Of a DNA stretch of 64,000 nucleotides, positions 1-9,850 are shown piece after piece. The position numbers and the translations under genes were made by a program. The notes beneath the pieces were generated by a model. It saw nothing but the letters and a program-made list of their open reading frames with translations, was not told the DNA's origin and made no database searches. The stretch spans positions 2,473 through 66,472 of the forward strand of contig JALONR010000014.1 in the NCBI GenBank assembly GCA_025454815.1. The letters are read 5' to 3'. Position 1 is the stretch's first letter. The number at the start of each line of letters is the position of its first letter. Source of the stretch: Bacteroidales bacterium (GTDB lineage: Bacteria; Bacteroidota; Bacteroidia; Bacteroidales; VadinHA17).

Positions 1-587
1 TTGATGTAACCGGTAATGATCTCATTGTTTTCAAGGGCCGAATTGACACGGTCCCATGAATTGTATGCCCTGGCCTTCTTGTGCGAAAGAACCAGCTGAC
101 CCTTCTTGTCTTCCTGGCTCTCAACATAGACCTCCACCTTGTCGCCTGTCTTCAGGTCAGGATTATAGCGGAATTCGTTAAGGCTCACCACACCTTCGGA
201 CTTCTGCCCGATGTTGATAACCACCTCGCGGTTATTCATTGAAATGACCGTACCTTCAACAACTTCGTCCACTGCAACGGTTGAAAGGGTCTCTTCATAA
301 AGCTTCTCCTGGTCAGCACGGCTCTTCTTCGATGAAAAACCGTCCTTTTCATATGAATCCCAGTCAAACTCTTCAGGTGTGGCTGCGGCTCCTGCCATCA
401 CTGCGGCATGCTCTTCTGCCTTCACCTTTTTTTCTTTCTTTTCCTTTAGAATCGGCTGTTCTTCAGCAACCATTTCGCCTGCTGACTCAACCACAACCTC
501 TTTTGATTTTACTGCTTCCGCTCCGGTCTCATTTACCTTAACCTCTTCGTTTGAAATGGCACCGGCCTGTTCGTTAACTTCACTCAT
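1..587 (-). CDS. rpsA: 30S ribosomal protein S1, N-terminal portion (rest of gene lies beyond window start)
   Basis: The minus-strand frame is open from the ATG (complement of 585-587) to position 1. It is absent from the ORF track because there is no stop in the window. Hand translation gives ...PEEFDWDSYEKDG...VVEGTVISMNNREVVINIGQKSEGVVSLNEFRYNPDLKTGDKVEVYVESQEDKKGQLVLSHKKARAYNSW..., typical of the N-terminus and first S1/OB repeats of Bacteroidota RpsA. An in-frame alternative ATG lies at 398. Confidence 0.8.
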   Translation of the reverse strand, partial: MSEVNEQAGAISNEEVKVNETGAEAVKSKEVVVESAGEMVAEEQPILKEKKEKKVKAEEHAAVMAGAAATPEEFDWDSYEKDGFSSKKSRADQEKLYEETLSTVAVDEVVEGTVISMNNREVVINIGQKSEGVVSLNEFRYNPDLKTGDKVEVYVESQEDKKGQLVLSHKKARAYNSWDRVNSALENNEIITGYI

Positions 588-646
588 TTTAATTAAATTA
601 CTTGAACTTTAATAAGTTAGACATTATGTTGTTTAAAATCAGGTTG

Positions 647-654
647 CAAAGATA
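647..654 (-). promoter_or_regulatory. Candidate Bacteroidota -7 promoter box (TATCTTTG) for rpsA
   Basis: Forward caaagata is TATCTTTG on the minus strand and matches the TAnnTTTG -7 consensus. It lies 60 nt upstream of the ATG at 587. Confidence 0.35.
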
Positions 655-757
655 ATTATTTTTTTGATCCGGATCAGAACAATGGACAGATTTTCAGGAT
701 ATAAGAATTAAATTTGAATGAAGAAGGCTGGCCACTTTCAAGATCGGGGCTTTTTCC

Positions 758-765
758 TATTTTTG
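758..765 (+). promoter_or_regulatory. Candidate -7 promoter box (TATTTTTG) for the rfb operon
   Basis: Exact TAnnTTTG match about 120 nt upstream of the rfbA start. Confidence 0.3.
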
Positions 766-883
766 TCAATTGTATAACTAAATTTTTTCGGATCATGTAA
801 TCATGTCTCCTGAAATACTGATTCAGTGGCAGAAGACGGGAAACATGGGTGATCCGTCAGATCCTGACTGATCAAATATTATA

Positions 884-1759
884 ATGATGAAAGGCATTAT
901 CCTTGCCGGCGGTTCCGGCACCCGGCTCCATCCGATAACGGAAGCCATCTCAAAACAGCTGCTCCCTGTATATGACAAACCGATGATCTATTACCCACTC
1001 TCGGCTCTCATGCTTGCAGGTATTCGTGACATACTGATCATCTCAACCCCTCGTGACCTGCCCAGCTTCAGGGCATTGCTGGGCGACGGCTTGAGGCTGG
1101 GGATGAACTTTTCATACCGGGAACAACCTTCACCTGACGGACTTGCACAGGCTTTCATTATAGGTGAAGATTTCATTGGTGATGACAATGTGTGCATGAT
1201 CCTGGGTGACAATATCTTCTACGGCCATGGCTTCGGAGGCATCCTGAAACAGGCAGCAGCCCTGAAAGAGGGCGCCATCGTCTTCGGCTATGCCGTCAAC
1301 GACCCGGAACGCTACGGGGTGGTTGAATTTGACAAAAACATGAAAGCTGTCAGCATAGAGGAAAAACCTCCAAGGCCAAAATCAAACTATGCTGTCACCG
1401 GGCTCTATTTTTATGACAACACCGTTGCCGCGCGTGCACGGGGACTGAAACCCTCTCCCAGGGGCGAACTTGAGATAACCGATCTGAACAGGCTTTACCT
1501 GCAGGAAGAAAAACTGGAGGTAAAATTGCTTGGCCGGGGAATGGCCTGGCTTGACACCGGAACCTTTGACAGCCTCCTTCAGGCCTCCAACTTCATTGCC
1601 ACACTGGAGCAAAGACAGGGCCTGAGTGCATCGTGCATTGAGGAAATAGCTTACAAAAGCGGATTCATCGGACGTGACCAGTTGATGGAGCTCGCCAGAC
1701 CACTGGCAAAAAGCCAGTACGGACAGTATCTTCTCAAGGTGGCAAACGAACAGGCCTGA
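884..1759 (+). CDS. rfbA: Glucose-1-phosphate thymidylyltransferase
   Basis: 291 aa. N-terminal [16 protein letters not shown] nucleotidyltransferase motif, and full-length resemblance to RmlA ([28 protein letters not shown]). Confidence 0.93.
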   Translation: MMKGIILAGGSGTRLHPITEAISKQLLPVYDKPMIYYPLSALMLAGIRDILIISTPRDLPSFRALLGDGLRLGMNFSYREQPSPDGLAQAFIIGEDFIGDDNVCMILGDNIFYGHGFGGILKQAAALKEGAIVFGYAVNDPERYGVVEFDKNMKAVSIEEKPPRPKSNYAVTGLYFYDNTVAARARGLKPSPRGELEITDLNRLYLQEEKLEVKLLGRGMAWLDTGTFDSLLQASNFIATLEQRQGLSASCIEEIAYKSGFIGRDQLMELARPLAKSQYGQYLLKVANEQA

Positions 1760-1761
1760 CA

Positions 1762-2322
1762 ATGAAAGTGCACAACACGGAATTCCCCGGACTCCTGATA
1801 ATAGAACCCGATGTCTTCTATGATACCCGCGGGTATTTCTTTGAGAGTTACAACAAACTTAAATACACCAATAACGAAGTGGTCTACGAACCGGTTCAGG
1901 ACAATGAGTCAAGCTCTTCCAGGGGTGTGATTCGCGGCCTGCACTACCAGGAGGAACCGTTTGCCCAGGCAAAACTCATAAGGGTCATTGAAGGACGTAT
2001 TTATGATATTGCCCTCGATATCCGTCGCGGCTCCCCGACCTTCGGCAAATGGTTCGGGCTGATAATTGATTCGGAAAAGAAACTGCAGTTCCTGATTCCG
2101 AAAGGGTTTGCCCACGGTTTCTCGGTTTTGAGTGAGAGAGCTATAGTGCTTTACAAATGTGACAATATTTATTCGGTTCAGCATGAGAGGGGCATAAACG
2201 CACTTGATCCTGCACTGGGTATCGACTGGATGATCAGGGATGAAGCTCCCGTCATAAGTCCCAAAGACATGAATCAGCCTCTCTTTAAAGATATTACAAC
2301 GAATTTTATCTTCAGTGAATGA
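1762..2322 (+). CDS. rfbC: dTDP-4-dehydrorhamnose 3,5-epimerase
   Basis: 186 aa cupin with RGYFFE, RGLHYQ and KGFAHGF motifs of RmlC. Starts 3 nt after the rfbA stop. Confidence 0.92.
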   Translation: MKVHNTEFPGLLIIEPDVFYDTRGYFFESYNKLKYTNNEVVYEPVQDNESSSSRGVIRGLHYQEEPFAQAKLIRVIEGRIYDIALDIRRGSPTFGKWFGLIIDSEKKLQFLIPKGFAHGFSVLSERAIVLYKCDNIYSVQHERGINALDPALGIDWMIRDEAPVISPKDMNQPLFKDITTNFIFSE

Positions 2323-3191
2323 CAACCATACTGGTTACCGGTGCCTCAGGGCAGCTCGGCAGTGAAATAAAGGAACTCTCAACCCGCTACAGCGGTTATG
2401 AATTTATCTTTACCGATGCCGCCGAGCTTGATATCACAGATGCTGCGGCAACCGCTGCCTTCGTATCCGAAGCCAGGCCTTCATGGATCATTAACTGTGC
2501 TGCCTACACCGCCGTGGACAGGGCGGAGGATGAGGAAAGCCTGGCAACACTGGTCAACGGCAAAGGGGTCGAAATCCTGGTAAATGCCCTCAGGGGAACC
2601 GAATGCCGGCTGATACATATTTCAACTGACTATCTCTTTGATGGCAACAGCCCGGTTCCATACACCGAAGATGATCCCCCGTCCCCTGCCTCAGCCTACG
2701 GACGCAGCAAGCTGGCTGGCGAGAAGGCTGCCATGCAGTGGCCCAATACCATGATCATCAGAACCTCATGGCTTTACTCCTCGTTCGGAAGCAACTTCGT
2801 CAAAACCATCCTCAGGAAAGCAGGATCATCACCTGACATCAGCGTGGTATTCGACCAGGCAGGGTCACCCACATATGCTGCTGACCTGGCCGCCGCCATA
2901 ATGGATATTATCAGCGGCATAATCCGCAACAGGCACAGCTTCGTACCCGGAATATTCAATTACTCAAATGAGGGTGTATGCAGCTGGTACGACCTTGCAT
3001 GCGAGATAGTCAGAGAGGCAGGCTCGGCATGCACTGTATTTCCCGTCAGGAGCTCAGCCTGGCCTTCACGGGTGAAAAGGCCGGCATACAGCGTCCTGGA
3101 TAAGACCAGGATAAAAGAGACATACAATATTTCAGTTCCGCACTGGCGCTCAAGCCTAATAAACTGTATAACAAAAATCAACAGGATATGA
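2319..3191 (+). CDS. rfbD: dTDP-4-dehydrorhamnose reductase
   Basis: 290 aa with a VTGASGQLG Rossmann motif, STDYLFDG and YGRSKLAGE (YxxxK). There is a 4-nt ATGA overlap with rfbC. Confidence 0.9.
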   Translation: MTTILVTGASGQLGSEIKELSTRYSGYEFIFTDAAELDITDAAATAAFVSEARPSWIINCAAYTAVDRAEDEESLATLVNGKGVEILVNALRGTECRLIHISTDYLFDGNSPVPYTEDDPPSPASAYGRSKLAGEKAAMQWPNTMIIRTSWLYSSFGSNFVKTILRKAGSSPDISVVFDQAGSPTYAADLAAAIMDIISGIIRNRHSFVPGIFNYSNEGVCSWYDLACEIVREAGSACTVFPVRSSAWPSRVKRPAYSVLDKTRIKETYNISVPHWRSSLINCITKINRI

Positions 3192-4921
3192 TTAACATAG
3201 AAGAAATCAGGAAGAAAGCCGCCGCATGGCTTGGCGAAGAGTTCGATGAACCCACCCGCAGTGAGGTGAAGCATATGCTGGAACACGATGAAAAGGGACT
3301 CATAGACGCATTCTACCAGGACCTTGAATTCGGTACCGGGGGACTTCGGGGGATCATGGGTGCAGGAACCAACAGGATGAACCGGTACACCCTCGGGATG
3401 GCTACCCAGGGGCTGTCAAACTACCTTAAAAAACATGCGATCAATCCATCATCAGTCAAGGTGGCAATTGCCTACGACTGTCGCAACAACAGCAGCTATT
3501 TTGCAAAGGTGGCAGCTGACATCTTTACGGCAAACGGCTTTACAGCATACCTCTTTGAATCACTCAGGCCAACACCCGAACTGTCATACGCCATAAGGAT
3601 CTACAGCTGCGATGCGGGTGTCATAATCACCGCCTCCCATAACCCGAAGGAATACAACGGCTACAAGGTTTCATGGAATGATGGAGGACAGGTTGTATCA
3701 CCGCATGACAGCGGTATCATCAATGAAGTCAGAAGCATCAGGTCAGTCACGGAAATTGCAGCCGGCGGAGACCCGTCAAAAATAATAATGCTTGGAGAAG
3801 AGACAGACAGGAAGTACCTTGACGAAGTGCTTAAGCTGAGCCTCAACCCTGAGATAATACGAAGGAATGCCGGCATGGGCATTGTCTATACCCCCCTTCA
3901 CGGCACAGGATATAAAATGGTTCCTGAGGCTCTGAAGATGTATGGTTTCAAAAATGTCCATACGGTTGAGCAGCAATGCATAACTGACGGCAACTTCCCA
4001 ACCCTCCGCTCTCCGAATCCGGAAGAACCAGATGCACTGGCCATGGCCCTCGACCTCGCACGTGAGAAGAATGCTGACCTGGTCATGGCCACAGACCCCG
4101 ACGCCGACCGCCTGGGTATTGCCGTAAGAAAACCTTCCGGTGAGTTTATCCTCCTTAATGGCAACCAGACCGGCGCCCTGCTCACATGGTACATCATTTC
4201 ACAAAAGAAAAAGAACGGTGAGCTTAAGGGAAATGAATACATCATTAATACCATTGTTACCTCGGACCTTCTCGACCGGATTGCTGAAAAAAACGGGGTG
4301 AAGTGCTATAACGTACTCACCGGCTTCAAGTTTTTTGCAGCCCTCATGCGTGACCTTGAGGGAAAGGAAAAGTATATCGGTGGTGGTGAGGAGAGCTTCG
4401 GTTATCTCCCTGGCGACTATGTGAGGGACAAGGATGGAGTGGCTTCATGCGCACTGATCGCAGAAGCGGCTGCATGGGCAGCTGACCACGGTAAATCGCT
4501 CTGGGAACTGCTCCTTGACATATATGCTGAATACGGACTCTTCCGCGAGAAACTCGTCAACGTTGTCAGGAAAGGTGCCGAAGGAGCCGAACAGATCAGG
4601 AAAATGATGGAAGGATATCGTACAAGCCCGCCTGCAGAAATAGCCGGAAGCAGGGTGGTAAAGATTGATGATTACCTTACATGCCTCTCCTCAGATCTTG
4701 TCACAGGAAAGAAGACACCCCTCCTGCTTGAAAAATCAAATGTGCTTCAGTTCTTCCTGGCTGACGGGACTAAAATCTCAGTTCGTCCCTCCGGCACTGA
4801 ACCGAAGATAAAATTCTACTTCAGCGCCAGCACGATGATGAAAGACACCGGAGAGTTCGAAAAACTCTGGAAGGAACTTGACGACAGGGTCAATGCGGTA
4901 ATCACCGACCTTAACCTTTAA
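3188..4921 (+). CDS. Phosphoglucomutase/phosphomannomutase family phospho-sugar mutase
   Basis: 577 aa. Active-site loop [13 protein letters not shown], metal site DPDADR and sugar loop GGEESFG. There is a 4-nt ATGA overlap with rfbD. Confidence 0.9.
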   Translation: MINIEEIRKKAAAWLGEEFDEPTRSEVKHMLEHDEKGLIDAFYQDLEFGTGGLRGIMGAGTNRMNRYTLGMATQGLSNYLKKHAINPSSVKVAIAYDCRNNSSYFAKVAADIFTANGFTAYLFESLRPTPELSYAIRIYSCDAGVIITASHNPKEYNGYKVSWNDGGQVVSPHDSGIINEVRSIRSVTEIAAGGDPSKIIMLGEETDRKYLDEVLKLSLNPEIIRRNAGMGIVYTPLHGTGYKMVPEALKMYGFKNVHTVEQQCITDGNFPTLRSPNPEEPDALAMALDLAREKNADLVMATDPDADRLGIAVRKPSGEFILLNGNQTGALLTWYIISQKKKNGELKGNEYIINTIVTSDLLDRIAEKNGVKCYNVLTGFKFFAALMRDLEGKEKYIGGGEESFGYLPGDYVRDKDGVASCALIAEAAAWAADHGKSLWELLLDIYAEYGLFREKLVNVVRKGAEGAEQIRKMMEGYRTSPPAEIAGSRVVKIDDYLTCLSSDLVTGKKTPLLLEKSNVLQFFLADGTKISVRPSGTEPKIKFYFSASTMMKDTGEFEKLWKELDDRVNAVITDLNL

Positions 4922-4935
4922 TAAAACCTCCTGCG

Positions 4936-5352
4936 ATGAAGTCCTACAGAAAGGAGATTGTACTTGAAACCCCTCACCGCCGCGATTATATAAATATCAC
5001 CCGACAGGTTGAACAGTGTCTGCAGGAGAGCGGTATCAGAGAAGGACTGGTGCTTGTAAACTCAATGCACATTACAAGTTCTGTGTTCATCAATGATGAT
5101 GAAAGCGGACTGCACCATGATTTTGAAGTATGGCTCGAGAAGCTCGCTCCTGAGAAGCCTCACTCTCAGTACAGGCATAACGGTTTTGAGGATAATGCAG
5201 ATGCCCACATGAAACGTCAGCTCATGGGCCGCGAGGTGGTTGTTGCCGTTACCAATGGTAAACTCGATTTCGGCACATGGGAGCAGATCTTCTACGGAGA
5301 GTATGACGGCATGCGCCGAAAAAGAATCCTGGTAAAGATCATCGGCGAATAA
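4936..5352 (+). CDS. yjbQ: YjbQ/UPF0047 family protein (secondary thiamine-phosphate synthase-like)
   Basis: 138 aa. The size and the motifs [20 protein letters not shown] and [12 protein letters not shown] are typical of UPF0047. Confidence 0.7.
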   Translation: MKSYRKEIVLETPHRRDYINITRQVEQCLQESGIREGLVLVNSMHITSSVFINDDESGLHHDFEVWLEKLAPEKPHSQYRHNGFEDNADAHMKRQLMGREVVVAVTNGKLDFGTWEQIFYGEYDGMRRKRILVKIIGE

Positions 5353-5370
5353 ATAAGACGCCGGCCTGCT

Positions 5371-5460
5371 CTACGGCACGGGTCCGGAACTGGCATGACT
5401 GAAGATATCATGACCGGAACGGGCATGGAGGAAGATCTCATGACCGGCACTGGCAAATAT
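5371..5460. repeat. Imperfect tandem repeat, period 30 nt, about 3 copies
   Basis: The core ccgg(a/c)ac(t/g)ggca recurs at 5384, 5414 and 5444. Units 5401-5430 and 5431-5460 match at 22 of their first 25 nt. It lies in the convergent spacer between yjbQ and the MOP transporter. Confidence 0.7.
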
Positions 5461-5484
5461 GCTTCCCTGACGCAGTCCGCAGGA

Positions 5485-6825
5485 TCAGACCTTCCACCTC
5501 TTCAGCACCGAATTCTGCCACGGCAGGAGGTACAGGGTGGAGAGCCCCTTCCCTGTCACAAAGGCGATTGAGGCGGCAACAACACCCGTAAGGTCAAGGA
5601 AAACAACGCACACCAGCAGAACTATTATTATTGTGAGCAGTTCAACTGCAGTTGCCTTTGAAATAGGGCCTGTTGTGCCATTGACCACCAGTAGAGACCT
5701 CTGGAAATTGAGCAAAACAGTCAGAACAGGGAGCAGAACCATGATCTGAAGCGGCAGGTATGATAGATCTGCAAGCTCTGCTGTCAGTCCTGATACATTT
5801 ATGAACCACAGGTCAGCCAGAGGGGTGAAGGCAATGAGAGAAATCAGCACCGTCACAGCTATCCCAAGGTAAATTGCAAAGTTCCTGAGAAGGCGATAGT
5901 TCTGTTTCTCTTTCCCTATCAGGGCAATATTCACCTCCTGGTATGACAGACCCAGGCTGCGGAAGATGAATACCAGCGAACCGACAACCGGCAGGACCGC
6001 CAGTGATTCAACCGGCATGCTGCTTCTGCCCATGAAGAAGGTGACAAAGGGGTGTACCCCAAGGGATAGTATTGAGGTTATCGCCAGAGGGTAATAGAAT
6101 CTGGTTATGGACCTGAGACCGATGTGCCCGTTCTCGGTGTCTTCCTTCTGAAGCAGTCCCTTAAGTGTGGCTGAAACCATCAGCCTCGTTGCAATTGCCT
6201 CCGCCAGGACAGCCATTGACATTGCGCCGGCACCCACATAAGCCCCCTTTATCCCCGACCTGTACAGGATCAATCCGGCAATGATTATGACCGAGAGTCT
6301 GACCATTGTTCCGTAAGTGACTCTCCTGGTGAGATTGTTCCTGATCAGAATTCCCTGGTAGAACCTCCTGTAACCTATGGATGCGGCCCATGGCAGGAAT
6401 ATGAGAAGTGCAATATGCGCAATCCGGGCCACATCTTCAGGAACACCCATAAGCCTGATAACAATGAAATTGAATACGGGCGGAATCAGCATGACCAGCT
6501 GAACGCCAGTCACCCCGGCATTGAGTATATCAGTGAAGTGTTTAAGCTTTTTATATGAATGGCGTCCGGTAACGAGGGCGGTTGAAGCACTCATAAGCAT
6601 TATTATCGGCGCCTCAATGATCATTGCGAATGACCCTGCAATGCCAAAGGCTGCAAGATTTACCTTTGCCTCTCCCAGACGGGCTATGAATGCAATAAGG
6701 AAAGGCTGCTCAAAGGCCATCATCAGCCATGTCAGCGCCAGCGGCCCCCAGAAAATGAATATCTTCCGGTACGTAAGTTTTTCAATAAAATCCACTTTCA
6801 GAAAAGAATGCGCAAATATAATCAA
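5485..6825 (-). CDS. Polytopic membrane protein, MOP (MATE/polysaccharide flippase) superfamily-like
   Basis: 446 aa that is almost entirely hydrophobic helices (about 12 predicted by eye). The length and topology resemble MATE/Wzx-type exporters. No diagnostic motif was recognised. Confidence 0.5.
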   Translation of the reverse strand: MIIFAHSFLKVDFIEKLTYRKIFIFWGPLALTWLMMAFEQPFLIAFIARLGEAKVNLAAFGIAGSFAMIIEAPIIMLMSASTALVTGRHSYKKLKHFTDILNAGVTGVQLVMLIPPVFNFIVIRLMGVPEDVARIAHIALLIFLPWAASIGYRRFYQGILIRNNLTRRVTYGTMVRLSVIIIAGLILYRSGIKGAYVGAGAMSMAVLAEAIATRLMVSATLKGLLQKEDTENGHIGLRSITRFYYPLAITSILSLGVHPFVTFFMGRSSMPVESLAVLPVVGSLVFIFRSLGLSYQEVNIALIGKEKQNYRLLRNFAIYLGIAVTVLISLIAFTPLADLWFINVSGLTAELADLSYLPLQIMVLLPVLTVLLNFQRSLLVVNGTTGPISKATAVELLTIIIVLLVCVVFLDLTGVVAASIAFVTGKGLSTLYLLPWQNSVLKRWKV

Positions 6826-6859
6826 TCCGCCCCTGATGCCGACTGCCTGCTGGTACTGC

Positions 6860-8278
6860 CTACCGCTTTTTGAACCAGTTGTCCGGGAAATTCACAAGAT
6901 ATATCCTTTCCGTCGCCCTTGTCAGGGCTGTGTAGAACCATCTCAGGTAGTCGATGGTTGGTTCCTGGCGGTTGAACATCCCCTGGTCAATAAAGACCCT
7001 CTCCCACTGTCCTCCCTGGGACTTATGACAGGTGACAGCATAGGCAAACTTTACCTGGAGTGCATTGTAAAACGGATCATCCCTCACCGCCTCATACTGC
7101 TTCCTCTTTGATTTTATTCCCGGATGGTCAGCCAGCACTGCGAAGTAAAGCTCCCTGGACTTCTCCGGTGACAGTGACGGAGTGCTCATCATCAGCGTGT
7201 CAAGCATGACCCTGGCATCAATCTCCAGCTCTGTGTCGCGGAACCAGAGAGTCATATCTGCAAACCGCATACCGTACATCTCCTCGAAATTCCTGATCCT
7301 GCGTATCTCGGCAATATCTCCGTTGGCAATGAACGAGGCATTCTCCTCATCCTTAAGCCAGTAATAGTTATTCTTCACAACCATTACCAGATCTCCTGTG
7401 CTTATCTCCTCCTCGCGGAAGAAGACCCGGTTCCGGATCCCCTGGTTATACCGGTTTGCCAGGTTGTTTGAGTTGACAACCACGATGGCTCCGTCAGTAC
7501 CGCACCTGTCATACGACTCTGTCAGGCGTTCAATAAGGTCATTCCCGCCCAGCCGCTCTATGTCATTGTATCCGTCAAGGACCAGCTCCGGCACCGACAG
7601 GTCGCCGTCATTGACCTGCTGCCTCACTGCCGTGGCATTCATCAGTATGCCTGATCCTTCGCTTTGCCTGATCACCTGCCGTAACTCGAACGTTTCCAGT
7701 GCAAATCCGGTTGCCCGGAGAACGTTTTCATCCAGCGCCGGGCTGACAATTGAACCCACCGGGGGAAGCTGAGCCACATCCCCCACCAGGATTAGCTTGC
7801 AGTCTGTCCCCGTATAAACATACTCCAGGAGATCGTCGAGCAGCCTGCCGCTGCCGAACATCGATCCCTCAGCCGATTCATCGGGTATCATTGAAGCTTC
7901 ATCCACTATGAAAAAAGTCTCCTTGTGCAGGTTGCGGTCAAGAACAAATTTCCCCACCCCGTCAGTGGCTGACTTCTGCCTGTATATCTTCCGGTGTATG
8001 GTGAAAGCTTCCTTCCCGGTGTAGGAACGAAGTACCTTTGCAGCCCTTCCCGTCGGAGCCAGAAGAACCGATTTCTGTCGGAGCGTGCTCAGTGTTGCTA
8101 CAAGAGAAGCAATCACACTTGTCTTCCCGGTTCCGGCATAACCGGTCATCAGAAAAATCACATCATTGGTGTTCTCTGTTACAAATTTTGCCAGCAATTG
8201 CATGCATTCAGACTGATCCTGTGTGGGGAGGTAACCCAGGTTCTTGAAGAGCAATGAGTAAATATTCTCCTGTCTCAT
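6860..8278 (-). CDS. RecD-like / Dda-like superfamily 1 DNA helicase
   Basis: 472 aa. Walker A GYAGTGKTS, Walker B FIVDEASM, VGDVAQLPPV, and C-terminal AVTCHKSQGGQWERVF (SF1 motif VI region). Confidence 0.85.
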   Translation of the reverse strand: MRQENIYSLLFKNLGYLPTQDQSECMQLLAKFVTENTNDVIFLMTGYAGTGKTSVIASLVATLSTLRQKSVLLAPTGRAAKVLRSYTGKEAFTIHRKIYRQKSATDGVGKFVLDRNLHKETFFIVDEASMIPDESAEGSMFGSGRLLDDLLEYVYTGTDCKLILVGDVAQLPPVGSIVSPALDENVLRATGFALETFELRQVIRQSEGSGILMNATAVRQQVNDGDLSVPELVLDGYNDIERLGGNDLIERLTESYDRCGTDGAIVVVNSNNLANRYNQGIRNRVFFREEEISTGDLVMVVKNNYYWLKDEENASFIANGDIAEIRRIRNFEEMYGMRFADMTLWFRDTELEIDARVMLDTLMMSTPSLSPEKSRELYFAVLADHPGIKSKRKQYEAVRDDPFYNALQVKFAYAVTCHKSQGGQWERVFIDQGMFNRQEPTIDYLRWFYTALTRATERIYLVNFPDNWFKKR

Positions 8279-8316
8279 TTTATTTTAACAAACCGGGAAA
8301 CAGTCTGCTTTTTTTA

Positions 8317-8324
8317 TAAATTTG
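8317..8324 (+). promoter_or_regulatory. Candidate -7 promoter box (TAAATTTG)
   Basis: Exact TAnnTTTG match 34 nt upstream of the ATG at 8358. It overlaps the TTG used as the start of the longer track ORF, which argues for the 8358 start. Confidence 0.4.
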
Positions 8325-8357
8325 CACAAAGTTACTCAACAATCGATCAGAAAAGAC

Positions 8358-8993
8358 ATGAAAACGGCTCTCAACATCGTATTTACCCTCATCATCATCG
8401 TTCTGGCCTGGTTCCTGGTGGAAAGCATAATGAAGCCTATCCGTTTCAATAAGGAGAAGGATTCCAGGGAGGTGGCAATCAAGGAGAGACTCATCGATAT
8501 CCGTACCGCCCAGGAAGCGTACAAATCAGTAAAAGGCTCTTATACCGGGAGCTTCGATACACTTATCACTTTCCTCAAGACTGACTCCCTCCCGCTGGTA
8601 TTCAGGAGAGGATCGCTTACTGACGATATGATAGCTGCCGGTATCACCAGTGAGAGAGAAGCCGTCAGGAAAGGACTCATAAGCCGTGATACCAGTTATA
8701 TACCCGTTCGTGATTCAATCTTTGACCGGGGATATCCCATTGACCAGCTGAGATTTGTTCCCGGAATGGAAAACACGGAATTCCAGATGGCTGCCGGGAA
8801 GGTCATGACAACTTCGCTGGTGCTCGTAAATGTCTTCGAGGCGTATGTGCTGAATGACGTATTCCTCAGCGATCTGGACAGGCAGCTGGTGATAAATTAC
8901 AATGACCAGCGCACAAAGATAACCGGCTTCCCGGGCATGAAGGTGGGTGACATCAGGATACCCAATAACAACGCCGGGAACTGGGAGGATTGA
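8358..8993 (+). CDS. Hypothetical protein with N-terminal membrane anchor
   Basis: The ORF track gives 8322-8993 from a TTG. The first ATG (MKTALNIVFTLIIIVLAWFLV...) gives 211 aa with one N-terminal TM helix. No recognisable domain. Confidence 0.6.
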   Translation: MKTALNIVFTLIIIVLAWFLVESIMKPIRFNKEKDSREVAIKERLIDIRTAQEAYKSVKGSYTGSFDTLITFLKTDSLPLVFRRGSLTDDMIAAGITSEREAVRKGLISRDTSYIPVRDSIFDRGYPIDQLRFVPGMENTEFQMAAGKVMTTSLVLVNVFEAYVLNDVFLSDLDRQLVINYNDQRTKITGFPGMKVGDIRIPNNNAGNWED

Positions 8994-9850
8994 TGACCAC
9001 GTCGCAGATATATCCCCTGGAGCTCATTGACGAGACCCTCGACATAAACGCGACTGACAATTACGATCTTACACTTGAGCTTTCTGAGGAGGGTGTCTCC
9101 CTGGCGGTGCTTGACCTGCTCCGGGGAAAGTATGTCATGCTCAGACATTATCCACTCGATGAGACACCTGGCGGAACACCCGGGAGCGTTGCTGAACTGA
9201 TCGACTCGGATGACTTCCTCAGGAGACGGTACCGGAAGACATTTATCATCACTCCAGCCCTTAACGCCACCCTGATCCCGGCACCTGTTTATGAGCCAGC
9301 GCTGCGTGAAGACTACTTCCGTTTCAACTGCGGGCAATCAGAAGCACCTGAGATCTATAGCAATAACATTCCTTTCCCCGAGGCCGTGGTGCTCTTCTCC
9401 CCCGGACGGGAAGTGACCGAAAATGTTATTTCCAGATGGCGCGATACTACTCCCTGGCATCACACAAAACCACTGCTGTGCCATGTGGCAACTGCATGCC
9501 GCGGCACAGATGACTGCTATGTCCATCTTCACTATGAGAAGGAGTTTGTAACTGTTGTAACGGCTGAAAAGCGTAACATTACCTTCTGTAACAGCTTCGC
9601 GGTATCTTCACCGAATGACGGAGCTTATTTCCTTTTCAGCGTGCTCGACAGGAAAGGGATACGGCACGATCAGACAATCCATGTAAGCGGGAAAATTGAT
9701 CCCTATAGCGAAGCACACATCGCACTGCTCAACTTTTCTTCAGGTGTCAGGTTCGCTTCTCCCCTTATCAGACAGAGCTTCAGCTATGTCATGAATGAGG
9801 TGCAGATGCACCGGTGGCTGAACCTCTTCACTGCTGCCTCGTGCGAATAA
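8993..9850 (+). CDS. Conserved hypothetical protein (DUF3822-like by recollection)
   Basis: 285 aa from the ATG that overlaps the upstream TGA (TGATG). Its position just upstream of rsmD is common in Bacteroidota. The family assignment is from memory only. Confidence 0.5.
   Translation: MTTSQIYPLELIDETLDINATDNYDLTLELSEEGVSLAVLDLLRGKYVMLRHYPLDETPGGTPGSVAELIDSDDFLRRRYRKTFIITPALNATLIPAPVYEPALREDYFRFNCGQSEAPEIYSNNIPFPEAVVLFSPGREVTENVISRWRDTTPWHHTKPLLCHVATACRGTDDCYVHLHYEKEFVTVVTAEKRNITFCNSFAVSSPNDGAYFLFSVLDRKGIRHDQTIHVSGKIDPYSEAHIALLNFSSGVRFASPLIRQSFSYVMNEVQMHRWLNLFTAASCE

Noticed and set aside
5395-5571. 58-codon ORF reading the 30-nt repeat as EDIMTGTG/EDLMTGTG
   Set aside because: It runs 87 nt into the antisense of the transporter gene's 3' end, has no start context or promoter, and its repetitiveness is explained by the DNA repeat itself.
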